Positions 50,454 through 63,100 of a DNA stretch of 64,000 nucleotides are shown here, in pieces. Where the stretch lies: contig NC_135891.1 in the NCBI RefSeq assembly GCF_964194155.1, forward strand, positions 93,868,001-93,932,000, read 5' to 3'. Made by a program: the position numbers and the translations under genes. Origin of the DNA: Cetorhinus maximus. Taxonomy: Eukaryota. The notes under the pieces were generated by a model. It was not told the origin of the DNA, did not search any database, and saw only the letters and a list, made by a program, of their open reading frames with translations. How positions within the stretch are numbered: the first letter of the stretch is position 1; each line of letters starts with the position of its first letter.

Positions 50454-53400
50454 CTTCCCTGCAGTTGTCCTGGGCTGGAAGCACTGAAATGTGTGCGTGT
50501 GGCTGGACTTTTAAATATGGCACATGGTGTGATGAAGCGGTGAAGTGACGGTGTGGCGGGTGAATGAGAGCCCGCCTGCCATGGAAATGGCCTGTTTCCT
50601 GGGAATGCATAATTAATGTAGAGGGTTTGGGATGTCCGCCCTCTGACTGGGGTCTGAACTGGTATCAGGCAGAACTTGTGTTGGAGTAACTATTGGCACT
50701 CTACTCTCATCCTAACTACCCAATTCATCAGACTCATTTGATTCTTCCCAACTTCCTCCTTCTTCGTGAACCTATGAAGGTAAAACATGATCTACATGTA
50801 CAAACCTAACCTTTCCACTAGCACACATCTTGTCCAAATATGAGCAAGGGCCACATTTTTATGACTTTTCCGGGTAGCCACTTCAACCACTTATGATGGC
50901 ATTCTTTCATCTTAACCTCCTGGTTCAACATCAGATTTCTTTCTCTCACTCTACCCCTATCATGAAATTGTTTTTCTTCTACTGACTGTGCTAAATCTGC
51001 CTTCAGCAATGAAAGCCTCGTTTGAAGCTGTCTTCTAAGAAACAACTCAGCTGGCATTCTGCTGGTAGTAGTGTGAGGTGTGTTATGATAAATAACAAAA
51101 CAATCATGTGAGTAGAGTGCCAATAGATGACTTTGGTACTACCACTATGGAAGTAGCCTAATTACTCTGTTCTACTTTAGAGATAATGTACTCAGTCTCA
51201 GTTCTTATCAGTTCTACTTTCTCTTTCAGAGCTTAGGGTACTGGACAAGCCCTGCAATAAATTGGTCTTACATTCCTCTGAACCTTTAGGTTGATCTTAT
51301 ATCCTTGAATTGGTTTGTCGGTTTCTCTAAACACCGGCAGGTACTTTGTGATCATGCCATCTTTTGTTGTGAATTTCACTTCTAAGTGAAAAAGCTTGTT
51401 CCAGTTTAACTTAAGTACTGTTAACCAGTTTCTTCCTAACAATTTTTCACTTTTCACTACAATGATGGGCAATGTTGCACATTGCTTCTTGTAAATGACA
51501 GGAACCGAAACAATTCCCTTTATGGGGATTTTCTCTCCCCCATAACTTTGTAATTCTATGCATGGTTTCTCCTGCTGATGCTGACTCAACTTTTGACAGG
51601 ATAGTGGTTCAGGAATCACGCAGACTGATGCACCTGATCGACCGCCATGTTTACCAGGGCTCCATCCAGCGCTACTTGGACTATAATGCCCTGAGAATTC
51701 CCACTGGACATCTTTGTGCTTCGGATTGTCTGAGTCTCAATCAACCCCTCGTTGACCTGGTGCTGCTCAGTGACTGTATGCAGTCACTGCTGTTTCCTCC
51801 AGCCAGCGTTTTCTCAGTTTACATTCTTTCAACATGCCTTGGCAAGATGACCTTTCTTCTTGCAGTGTAGCACTCTGCTTTCACAATAGGACAATTCTGT
51901 GTCCAATGTTGGCCTGAGCACTGGTACCAGGACTTTGGTATTACCTCTGCTATTACTAACTGCTTTCGCTGGGGCCTTCCTCTTATTCAGTTGCAGTTTA
52001 TTTACTTCAGCAGACGACTGGCAGTTGTTAACTCTGACTTCTCTCAAGTCACGTTCTGCCATGGTCATGGACAATGCTGTTTGGCAAGCTATGTCAAAAG
52101 TTAACTTTGGCAATGTCAGCAACTTAATATAAATGCTTTCACTTTTTAAACCGCACACATATCTGTCTCACAATGCTCTCCCGTGAAACTCTCCAAAATT
52201 ACAATGTAGGGACAGCTTTTTCAAAGCCATGATAAAGTCTTCAATGTTCTCACTGGGCAACTGAGTCCACGTTCCAAACTGATAGCTTTCTGCTATTGCC
52301 AATGGCTTGGGATTGTAGTGCTGTTCAAGCTTACACAAAATGTCCGACAGCAATATGCCTTTTGTCTTAGCAGGGCAGAGCAAATTCTTAAGGGTTTATA
52401 CACTCCTGGGCCTCCTTCAGGCAAGAAAATTGCCCTTTCTTCCCCCCACCCCCCCCCGCCCCCCACCCCCACCCCACTGCCTGATTAACAGTCAGATTAT
52501 CAGGAACATTGAGGATATTATCAGCAGTGAAATAAATCTTTAGCGGCTCCACATACGCATTGAAAAACTCTCGGGCACAGCTATATTCTTCAAGTTGCCC
52601 AATTATACCTGTTAATACAGCCATCTTTGAAGGTCAGTTCACCCACGTGTACAAACAGCCTTTTCATTAAAACTGGAATTTTAAAACTATTTCTTAGCAA
52701 AAAAAGACTTCACAGTTCCTCTACTGCTTGTTGGAAGCCCCTCCAGACAAATTTGTTCGGCTAGGGAATCCACAATCCCACCTCGATGCCAGACTGAGAG
52801 ATCTTTGCAGGACAGAAAAGAGACAGTGCGCCACATGAAAAGTCAAGTACCCAACTAACTAGTTTATTCTGGTTTGACTATATATACATATATACACAAA
52901 TGGCCACAAGTGGGTGCTATTACACTATTACATTGTTAATGTCTCCAATAGCCAAATAGAAGCAGTCTATATATAAGAGTTCAGGCATAAGAAGCGAGTT
53001 TGTGCCCAATAATGCTTTACAGCCTCCTTTGACCTTTCCTGCAATGTTCTGAAGCTCAAACAGCAGTTAGTGCAGATACAGGACATAAGTGCAGTAGTGA
53101 TTCTGTGGTTTGGGGATTGTTTGGAGCAGAGACCCAGGAAAGGGAGCAGAAAGCTGAGGAGAAGTGGAAGCAATATGAAAGCAGAGCAGTTGGAAGCCAA
53201 CAAAATGAAGTAGGACAGTATCAGGGAAAGTAGGAGCAGGAGATAACAATGTCTCCATTCACAAGCAAAGAATTTGAAAACTGCTATGGTATAAATAATA
53301 ACTTTGGATGATTATATAAACGGAGCTATATTGAATCAGTTGCTAGTTATACATCTCCCCTGATTCAATACCACCCATTTTACATGATCAATTAACACCC

Positions 53401-53697
53401 CCAGCCCCCCTCTGTAGTGTGATTGATTGCACGGTTTTTTCTGAGAGAAAAGTACTGCACTCAGTAACTTGGCAAAATTGACTTTCAGGAGTGGATCCAG
53501 CCTTGAAACATTTGAATATCAAATGTTTTTAAATGAGTAATAAAAGCCAGAAGAGATATTTAGTTTCACTTAAATCCTGAAGAAAGAGAGACACCAGAGC
53601 AGCGTAATCTCCTGCCTCGTGCCAACTGCTGGGAGGTTGCTTACAGCCAGTCATACGTGCTCAAACATCTCACTGCACAAATTTTGTTGTGGTCTCA

Positions 53698-53750
53698 AAT
53701 CACACAAACGGACACACACGCTCATACACACACGCACACACACACACAAC
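53698..53750. repeat. Imperfect (CA)n microsatellite
   Basis: cacacaaacggacacacacgctcatacacacacgcacacacacacaa. Confidence 0.85.
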
Positions 53751-55139
53751 AAGCAGTTTACGGATTCACATGTACAAGGTAGACAAATACAAATTTCACA
53801 AATGCACACTCTCACACATGCTTTACTTCATGCTTTAATTAATGGCCCTCAGCCTTATATTTCAGCACATTAAGAGCAGTATTTGGATTCAGTGCTCTAA
53901 TTACATGCCAAGTTCATAGCAGACTGAACTGAGACACACCAAGCAGCAAAAGTTTATGTTGAAAAGACAATGATCAAACCTGGGATACCAAAGGAGTATA
54001 AGTCTGATCCCTGTGGGGTAACTAGAGGACCCTGTACCCCATGACCCCTTGGTTGCATTCCACCTCCAAAAATTATTCACAACAATTTTTTTGCAGAACT
54101 GAACATTTCAAAGTGTGTTTGGGCCGGGATCCCTGCAGATAGAGGGAGGGGAAATTTTTCTTTTCGTGTTGCAATTGGGCCCTTGCCTCTCCATCCTATG
54201 TCAGCTGCCCTCCTTGGCCAGGGCACCTCCTTTTCCAGGTCATTCTGCAAGCTTAAGCATATCCTTGGCTTGGGTGCTCCATAGACAGGTTTTCAGCTTG
54301 CCAAAGCCCACTCCTCCTTACTCCCTTGTGAGCTTTGGCAGGGTTTACAAATGGGCACATCTCAGCATTTACACTGGGTCCCATACCTCTGTGAACTTCC
54401 AGTTCCTCCTATTTAACTTTATTCTTCATAAAGGAGAAAGAAAGTTGCAGGTGAATTCATTTTTTTGTCAAAGGAGGATCACTGTTTACAGGAAAATGTC
54501 ATTCCTTCACTGGATATTTCTGTTGATTACATTTTAAGCTGTCAATTTTCACCATTAGTATGAAGGCCCCAGAAAGCGACCTGAATCCCTCTCACGACAT
54601 CAATTACAGGAAGCATCTCCCTTGAGTTGCCTTGCCCAGGGAAATACATTCTATACTGAAGATGGAAGCTTTCCAGCTTGCAATGTAGTTTCCGGGGGTT
54701 GGTGGTTGTGGAGCTGCTCTCAAGCCAAGTAGAAAAGTGTTCCCTCCGCTCCCACCCTCAACATACACCAGCTGCCTTGTGTGGCTTGACCTTTCCATGC
54801 TCCCAAATCAGCAATCAACATGTTTCGTGGGCCATTCAATTATTTCTATCTGTACACATCCTTGTAACCCTTAATCCTACTCTAACCAGTATTCATCCTG
54901 ATCTCTCTAAATGCGTTCATCAGCACTGAATGAATTATTGATTTGGAACGTTCTTCTGCGTAGCTACAACACTTTGGGACAAGCAGCTTTTTGCCACCTC
55001 TGATCTCGCCTGAAGTTTGTTCATTTTATATTTCCATCCTCTAATTCTATACTCAGTTTCCCGGTTAAATAACCAGTTGGCATCTGTTTTTATCCATTTC
55101 TCTCAGCATCTTTAAAACCTGGATCAGGTTTCCCCTTTT

Positions 55140-55830
55140 TTAAATTCTCTCAAAGGATGTGGGTGTCACTGGCTAGGCCAACATTTATTGTCCATCCCTA
55201 ATTGATCTCGTGGAGGTGGTAGTGCCACATTCTTGGACTGCTGCTATAAGTACACCCACAGGGCTGTTAAGGAGGGAGCTCCCAAATTTTGACCCAGCAA
55301 CAGTGAAGAAATGTATGATATATTTCCAATCAGGATGGTGAGTGGCTTGGAGGAGAACTTGCAGGTTGTGGCATTCCCATGCATCTGCTACCCTTGTCCT
55401 TCTAGGTGTTAGAGGTCATGGGTTTGGAAGATGCTGCCAAAGGAGCCTTGGTGAGTTTCTGCAGCGCATCTTGTAGATGGCACACACTGCTGCTACTGTG
55501 CATCGGGGGTGGAGGAAGTGAATGTTTGTGGACGGGCTGCTGATCAAGCAAGCTGTTTTGTCCTGGATGGCGTTGAGCTTCTTGAGTGTTGTTGAGGCTC
55601 CAATAATCCACGCAAGTGGAGAGTATTACATCACACTCCTGACTTGTACTTTGTAAATGGTGGACAAGCTTTGGGGAGTCATGAAGTTAGTTACTCCTCA
55701 CAGAATTCTCAGCCTCCGACTTGCTCTTGTAGCCACAGTATTTATATAGCTGGTCTAGTTAAGCTTCTGATCAATGGTGACCCCCAGGATGTTATGGTGG
55801 GGGATTCACGCCATTGAATGTCAAGGGAAG
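55140..55830 (-). mobile_element. CR1/L2-group LINE 3' fragment
   Basis: Reverse complement of the family tail and RT C-terminus (compare 7740-7890 and 8310-9035). Confidence 0.85.
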
Positions 55831-56849
55831 ATGGGCGAGATGGGATGAGACCTGTTCTAACGATGATGTGGTCCACATAGTGCCCACATTGGAACTCGAG
55901 ATATCTCATCACAAGTTTCTATTCACGGTTGATCGCCAAGCCTTTTTACAACATGGCGATTATCGCCATATGGAGATGGGTTTTCTCAGTGCAGCCAGGG
56001 AATCCAGTTGGCTAATAAGTTATACGGAGGCAGGGATTTAGACAGAACTTCCATCCATCCAAATTATTACCCTAATCCAAAGAGAGTGGAGCCAAGACAA
56101 AAGAATTCCCATGCTGGGAACTTCTTGGTGTCAACCTTGACCACTCAGCCATCCAGTGTACCGGGCTGAACAGCGTGCAGATTCCTTGAATGGTGGAGTT
56201 GACAAGCAGCTGGGAGGCCCACACCAGGTTCTTCGACATTCCATCAGCAAGCTCATTGTACAGGTAACTGATTGGGGACAAGGTAAAAAAAATGATAAAC
56301 CAGCCATGTTTGTTGGCCATCACTACCTTTCCTGGTCCCACCTTTTGTAGGCACCCATTGTTGGCACATTCAAATCAATGGGTGAAGTCAGAAAGCACAG
56401 CCAATTTCTCCTGGTGGAGAATTTTTCTGGGGTCTGTTACTTAATGTATTTTGATGACAATCAGCTCTTTACAATCGCTAACTTCTGCAACTCTCTGCAT
56501 CCTTTGCCTCTCTATCTAATATCAAGTCATGAATGAGGCTTTGGAAACCCAAGTCTATCCTTTTTGACTCCTGTCAGAAATGCTTTGTGCCTTCTCCCAA
56601 CTCCATTTTCTCTTCAGCCATTTCCTGTTTCAATCTAGTATTTATTTACAGTAAAATCCATCTGCTGTTCATTAGCTTATTGCTTCATTTCTCCAGATCC
56701 CTTTGAATTCTATCACTCCTCAGCAAATAATGAAAGGTAGAGATAATATTGAAGTAAACAAGTTGATTAACTATAAACAAATGATTTGTGAACATAAATC
56801 CAAACTTCACAAGCCCCAAGTAAGATTATTGATCAGGAAAAAAAGACCT

Positions 56850-57290
56850 CATTCCCCATAAGGAGATAGGGGATGAAATCTAGGACACAGTTGGTGTACT
56901 GGGTGCTATTTTGGACACCCTATTAGAGAAAGGACTTTGAGAGTGTACTGTGTAGATTCACCAGGGATGATGATCAGGATGGGAAACTATCACTAAAAGT
57001 CAGTCTTCAGATACTGTGACTATTTCCACGGCAACAGAGAAAGATAAAGGAAGATTTAATAGAGGTTTTTAAAATTATAAAGGGATTTGATACAGTAAGT
57101 ATGGAAAGATCGCTGTCTCTGGCTGGGGAAGCAGTGGCAAGGAATTCTAAAATTTATAACCATCACCAAGAAAAGGTGGAGAGATTTCTAGAGAGATGTT
57201 GGAGCAGAGAAAGCTTTGCAAGAATGGTTGAGGCAGAAGTGACTGAACCTTTTAAAGGACAACTGGATAAATATTTGAAGTAGGGCAAGC
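56850..57290 (+). mobile_element. Old CR1 3' fragment
   Basis: Decayed F..VFKIIKGFD..ERSL...MVEAE...FKGQLDKYLK. Confidence 0.65.
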
Positions 57291-57786
57291 ATGTGTCTGG
57301 GGTTTAACTGGGAGTGTGGACCTGGGTATGGAAAGGCATTCCGGTGTTCTGTTTGATCATCTTAGGAATCAGAAAGAATTCCCACATAAGGCATTCTGAG
57401 GAGACAACTAACTGGATAGTGAGTAGGATAGGTTGGATTGTACAGAATACTCGAGGGTCTGGGCCAATAGGTTCAATATCTTTTTCTGAAGACAATCGTG
57501 ATGAATATGCAGCTGCTGTAGGGTTTGATTTCTTGATAACAGGAAGCACATTCAAATTCTAAGGGGATGGATTGTACTACCTCAATCTCTTTTATCTAAA
57601 AGCAGAACCACATCTGCTCCGTGACTAAAAGCTCTGCACTGCTGACCTGCTCAGATCAAACAGTTACAGGATTTGCTTTGTTGGTGTTTTCTCAGAGTTT
57701 CTGGTACGTGAAGATCCAAGCAGAGTGAAAACTATTATAAGATTAATTTTTAACTTTACCATCTGTCTAATTGCACCAGAGCATAA

Positions 57787-58450
57787 GGGCTGGTTTTAAT
57801 CCTCTATGCCCAATGATAATGGTGAATACAAGTTGGGGACGTTGGAGCAGCATCCTAATGCACAATCCAACAGCGGGCACCATTTTAAACAGACACATGT
57901 GTGCGCCCCTCATCCTAGGCTGGCGAGAGCTGCATCCAAAAGCTGGGATCCGATGAAGTACTTCAGACCCCAATGACATTTTAACTTGCAGAAGTATGTG
58001 CGGCCATGCAAGGAACATTGGGCTGTATGGAGCTGCAGGCCTAGTGAATACATTTTATTTATTAGGTCTGGGACTGGGACTCTCCTCTGAGCCCCACAAG
58101 GAAACAAAGGGGCTTACCCTGATTTGGGCCTCCGTTTCACCACCCCCCTCCCTTGGCCTCAGTCATTCTCAAACACCCCTCTGTAACCAATAACGTGACT
58201 AGCGGGTTGTAGGTTGCAGTCTGCCATAATCACTGACTGGCCTCACCATGCTGGATTCAGAGCAGCAGTTGGGTCTGGTGGATGTAAATGAGACCCGGGA
58301 GTTAAAATGGCCTGGGTCTCTACCCCACCTTCTCCCATATTCACACCCAGTCTCATGCTAGCCACTCCCCTCCATCCCCGCTTGCCACCCTGCCCCGATA
58401 ATCAGCACAACCCCAAACCCAAAGCTTACCCCTGGTTAAAATCAGGGCTC
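57787..58450. mobile_element. Harbinger-type MITE
   Basis: TIRs gggctggttttaa / ttaaaatcagggctc, with TAA on both flanks (57784-86 and 58451-53). Confidence 0.65.
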
Positions 58451-59489
58451 TAACAATGTCTGATTTATTACAGCACAGTGAGAGAATCGGAGCAAAAACT
58501 AACACGCATCCAGCTGTCAACTGTTTTACATTCTTCCTCTAAGCCAGACATTCCAATCCTTTGGAGGTTAATCTATAACATATTTCCCCAGCGTGAAGTT
58601 TACATACACAGCTACACGGGGCTCCTCAGAAACAAACAGAACTTAGACATCCAACAAAGATGCCTGCAAAAATAAAAAGGGCACCCAAGCTGGCTGGCCC
58701 TCAGCTTAGGTGGCCCAGGCTCACAGATGCCACTCAGTTTTCTTACTGCACTGACAGATTCACTCCACTGGGTGCTGCTCATGGTTCAGTTCAGAAGGTT
58801 CTTATTTAGGTAGTGGAGCTGGACTATCGAGCATTCAGTTTGTTGTGGGCTCGAGTGTTGGGGCTCTGAGGAGGGCGGAGGGTTTGTGTGGGAGTAGTGA
58901 TGAGATACAGAACCACATTTCAAACACACAGTTGGACAAATTTCGACAGCTCTGGTTAATCTGGCAAACCACTGGAATCTGGCATTCCTTGGAAATACTT
59001 AGCACGTAGGTGGGAGGCTAATTGCTCCTGAAATCGGGGGTGGCTAGCAGTTGGGAATAATTGCAGAGACACCTCGGCTGCATCCGTTAATGCCTGAGGT
59101 CTGCCTGATGCAATTGTGAGGCAAGCCTGCACTTGATGCATGCTGGGCTGTTTCTGCCGACAGGCTACTTGACTATATGCAAATTGAGGGATTGCAGCAG
59201 ATGTAACAACCTGTTTCTACTGTAAAGTGTGCCAGTCAATCTATCCAGTTGTACCAGACGCTGAGTGGCTAAGCCAATGGTCTTTAAAGGGATCATTGGA
59301 GGACACTCACAGAATGACCGAATGTTTCTTTATTTTAGGGAGAATTTTTAAGGTGCCCAAAAGGAGCAGGAATGCTGGCTCACTTGTTTTGGGATCAGTT
59401 CACCCCTTCCAGAAAGACACAAGGGATTTTCTGCCCTCCCATAACCTGTGAGCCGTTTGGTGCCCACAACTCAAACAATGGCATTCAAC

Positions 59490-60088
59490 AAGCTCATCTC
59501 CGTTCCTGCCTCAGCTCATCTGCTGCTGAAACCCTCATTTGTGCCTTCATTACCTCCAGGCTTGACTTCTCCAATGCTGTCATTGCTGACCTCCCACTTT
59601 CTGCTGTCTATAGACTTGAGCTCATACAAAACTCTACTTTCTACTGTTTCATACCAAGTCCCATTCACCCATCACCTCTGCTCACAGATCTACATTGTTT
59701 CCTGGACTCAACGTCTCAGATATAAAAATACTCGGCCTTGTGTTCAAATCCTTGTGCCTCTCCCCTCCCTATCTCTATAGCCTCCTTCAGCTCTACAACC
59801 CTCTGGGATCTTTGTGCTCCTCCAATTCTGGACTCTTGCACACCCCCAATTTTAAATTGCCTCCCTATTGGCAGCCGTGCCTTCAGCTGCCTAGGCCCTG
59901 AGCTCTGGAATTCCCTCTCTGAGTCTCTATAGCTCTCTCTCCCTCTCTATCTCTTCCTTGTTAACTCTTTGACCAAATTACTTCTCAGTTACATGAAATT
60001 TACTGGAAATTCCTTATGTGGGTCAGAGTCATCATTATTCCTGTGAAGTGACAGGGATGTTTCACTGTGGTAAAGGTGCTATACTATA
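59490..60088 (+). mobile_element. L2 LINE 3' fragment
   Basis: LSSSAAETLICAFITSRLDFSNA...LELIQN and GSRAFSCLGPELWNSL, with the tail taaaggtgctata. Confidence 0.85.
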
Positions 60089-60164
60089 CAGAATCACAGA
60101 ATTGTTATGGCACAGAAGGAGGCCATTTGGACCATCGTATCTGCACCAGCTCTCCAAATGAGCA
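60089..60164 (-). mobile_element. CR1 3' tail joined to the Gypsy polypurine tract
   Basis: Minus strand: gagagctggtgcagatacgatggtccaaatggcctccttctgtgcc...ttctgtgattctg. Confidence 0.8.
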
Positions 60165-63100
60165 TTCCCCCACATTTAATTCAGCTATACATACTATGTT
60201 TATAAGTACAAATTTTTTCAAGACAGCATAATATTTACACTGGGTAAGGAACTTACAAGTTCAGTTTTTCAGGTAGTTCCCTGGTACGTGTGGAACGTCG
60301 CAGCTCCACAGCTTCAGATTCTTTGTCAGGGGCCTCCTTTTCTGGAGTTGCCTGAACATCAGGTGCTTCAGTGGGCATTTGCAGTTCTGTATCCTTAACT
60401 CTTACAGGGACATCAGACATGTCAGTCCTGGGTTGAATATCCTCAACAGGAAACACAGACCCGGTCATGATTACTGGTGGGACCACGTCTTGGCGATTTG
60501 TCTCTCTCTTCCTTAAATGGTCCACATGTTTATGGATGATCTGACCTTCCACCTCCATGTGGTAAGATAGAGATCCTGTCACTGTACTTATTTCACCCAG
60601 TAACCACTTTGGTCCTTCCCCGAAGTTCTTCACCTATACTGGCTCTCCCACGGTAAATTTCCTCTCATGACTATGCCAGTCGTGTCTGGTTTTCTGCCTT
60701 CGCTGACTCCTTTCCACCTTCCCCTCTAAATTCAGCATTATTAAGCTCAATCTTGTCTTTAGACAGTGTTTCAACAATACCTCTGCAGGTGTGACACCTG
60801 TTGTTGTGTGAGGGATAGTCCTGTAATTAAAAAGAAAGTGTGCCAGCTTGGTTGTCAAGGAATCACCAGTTTGCTTTTTAATGCCTGCCTTGAACATGTG
60901 AACCGCCCTTTCGGCCAGTCCATTTGAGGAAGGGTGGCATGGTACAGTTTTCACATGAGTGATACTATTGAGACTGATAAACCATTGAAACTCAGCACTC
61001 ATAAATGCCATGCCATTATCGGAAATTACTACTTCTGGTAGTCCGTGAATGGAAAAACTCTGACGTAGTTTCTCAATTGTAGTGACCGACGTTAGTAACT
61101 TCACCTCATATACATCCCACCATTTTGAATGGGCATTGACAATAAGCAGAAACATTGTTCCCAGGAAAGGCCCAACGTAGTTAATATGTAACTGTACCCA
61201 GGGTCTACCTGGCCACTCCCATGGGTGTAATGGAGCTGTCACTGGCAACTTTTGCAGTTGCTGACATTGCACACAGTGCTTTACTAAACTCTCTCTTTTG
61301 CCATCCATCCCTGGCCACCATGCATGTTATGATCTTCATTTGGGAAATTCCTGGATTGGCACTGTGTAGTTCAATTAAAAGAGGCTCCCTTCCCTTTGGA
61401 GGCATATTACTCATGCTCCCCACAATAAGATGCCATCCTGGCTGGTTATTTTGTGTCTTCTGTTGAAATACGGTTTCATTTAATCAGATATAGGCTCCTG
61501 TGGCCAACCATGTAGCACTTGAGATAGGACTGGGTTCAGACTTGTCCAGTCACTGATCTGACAAGCACATACAGGCAAGGAATCTAAGAAATTTAACAAT
61601 ACAACAAGTTCCTGTGGAACTGGTACGTGCTCATCATTTTCTTGTAAAGTCAAACGACTAAGGGCGTCGGCGTTTGCGATTTGATTGCCAGGCCAATGTA
61701 CGAGAGTGTATTCGTATGCTGCCAGAATTAAGGCCCATTGTTGTATTCTTGCTGAGGCTATGGGTGGTATAATCTTGTCCTCACTAAAGAATCCTAGCAA
61801 TGGTTTGTGGTCTAAACTGATTGTAAAATGGCGGCCATGTACATACTGGTGACTACTGACACCAAAGATGATGGACAGACCTTCTTTTTCTATCTGCGTG
61901 TATCGCTTTTCTGCTGTGGTGAGCGTTCTTGATACGTAACCTATTGGGCGTTCCGTGCCATCATCCATCCGATGAGAGAGCACTGCTCCCACTCCGTAGG
62001 GAGATGCATCACATGTCAGCACCAATTCTTTCATCTGGTCATAATGCACGGTTGGACGGGTGCTACAATTGTTTCACCTTTATGAAAGCTTCTTTCTGGG
62101 GCGCCTCCCAAGACCAATGTTGATTCTTTTTGAGTAGAGAATGCGGGGGGGCCAGAACTGTAGACAAATTGAGTAAAGACCGCCCATGATAGTTGATCAT
62201 TCCTAGGAATGATTTGAGCTCTGAGGCGTTCTTTGGCGCAGTTGCCTCTCTTATGGCTTTCACTTTCTCCTCAACTGGGTGGAGGCCCTGTGAATCTACT
62301 AGTGACCCAAATAGATCACCTCCCTCACTTGGAACGTGCAGACTTTAATCTAGGCCTTCTTTTTGACTTCACTGTTGGCCAGACTTCTCTCAGATGCAAG
62401 CTCAACATGCCTGAGCTCAGTGGCTAAGTCTCCCAAAATTTCATTATCTGTCTGCTTCTTGGAAAATACTGTGACTTTTGCTTCCAAAGCCTCTTTGGCT
62501 CCATTTAGCCTATTCTTCAGCTCTTCCATCTCTTTTTTGCATTTGTTTGCTGCCTCCTGGAAAATTGAGCATGGTTGTGTCTTCTCTGCCAACTCATTCT
62601 TCAGCTTGTTCAGAGAGGTGCTGAATTCTTTCTGTTTCTCTTCATACTTTTCCAGAGGTACAAACTTTGACCTGAGGGAATCTTGTAATGCGTGAAGGTC
62701 TTTCAACAGATTTTCTTTTTCCCTTCGAAGGTTGCTGCCCTCATCTCGACCTCTGTCATCAAGCAGGATCTCTTTGACTTTTTTCTATTGTTCTTCCAGG
62801 ATTTGGTTTAAGACAGCCTGCAATTCTTCAGATTGTTGAGTCCTTGCACACTCCTTTTTCAAAACAGGAATGCTTCCAGCTTCTTTTTGGAATCTTACTG
62901 GCCAATCAAGGTTGATTTCCCTTAGCCAATTTTGCCCTACAAGGCTTGGTCCTCTGCCTCTCAATGCTAACACTGGTAGCTTTGCCAATTGACTTCCATA
63001 ATGGACAGTTATTTGCTTATGCCTTTTCCTTGAATGTCCACACCCGTATATGTTTTTAGCTTGGCAGCTGTTTCTTCTAAACTTAATTGATGTTCACCAT

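Larger units (their letters stand above)
42057..50641 (+). mobile_element. Harbinger/PIF DNA transposon with transposase and Myb/SANT-like genes
   Basis: Left TIR ggccgggattttt, degenerate right terminus tccgccc, and a 3-bp TSD TCT (42054-56 and 50642-44). The two genes are convergent, and Gypsy sequence resumes on both sides. Confidence 0.8.
41706..52932 (-). mobile_element. Gypsy LTR retrotransposon 2, RT/RH deleted, hosting a Harbinger insertion
   Basis: Direct LTRs at about 41706-41851 and 52795-52932 (atctttgcag.acagaaaagagacagtg..cacatgaaaag...ccaactaacta.tttattc). PBS tggcatcgagg at 52781-52791 and PPT at 41852-41860. Coding remnants: gag 51829-52624, protease region about 51233-51690, integrase C-terminus 50818-51123 (YHNTPHTTT..PAELFL.R.L.T.L). 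No TSD recognised. Confidence 0.85.

Noticed and set aside
54115-54537. 140-aa ORF
   Set aside because: Composition typical of non-coding DNA, a non-ATG start and no motifs.
62350-62706. Exon of a resident host gene
   Set aside because: It is embedded between Gypsy protease and RT-thumb sequence, in frame with pol and carrying stops. It is better explained as a captured fragment.
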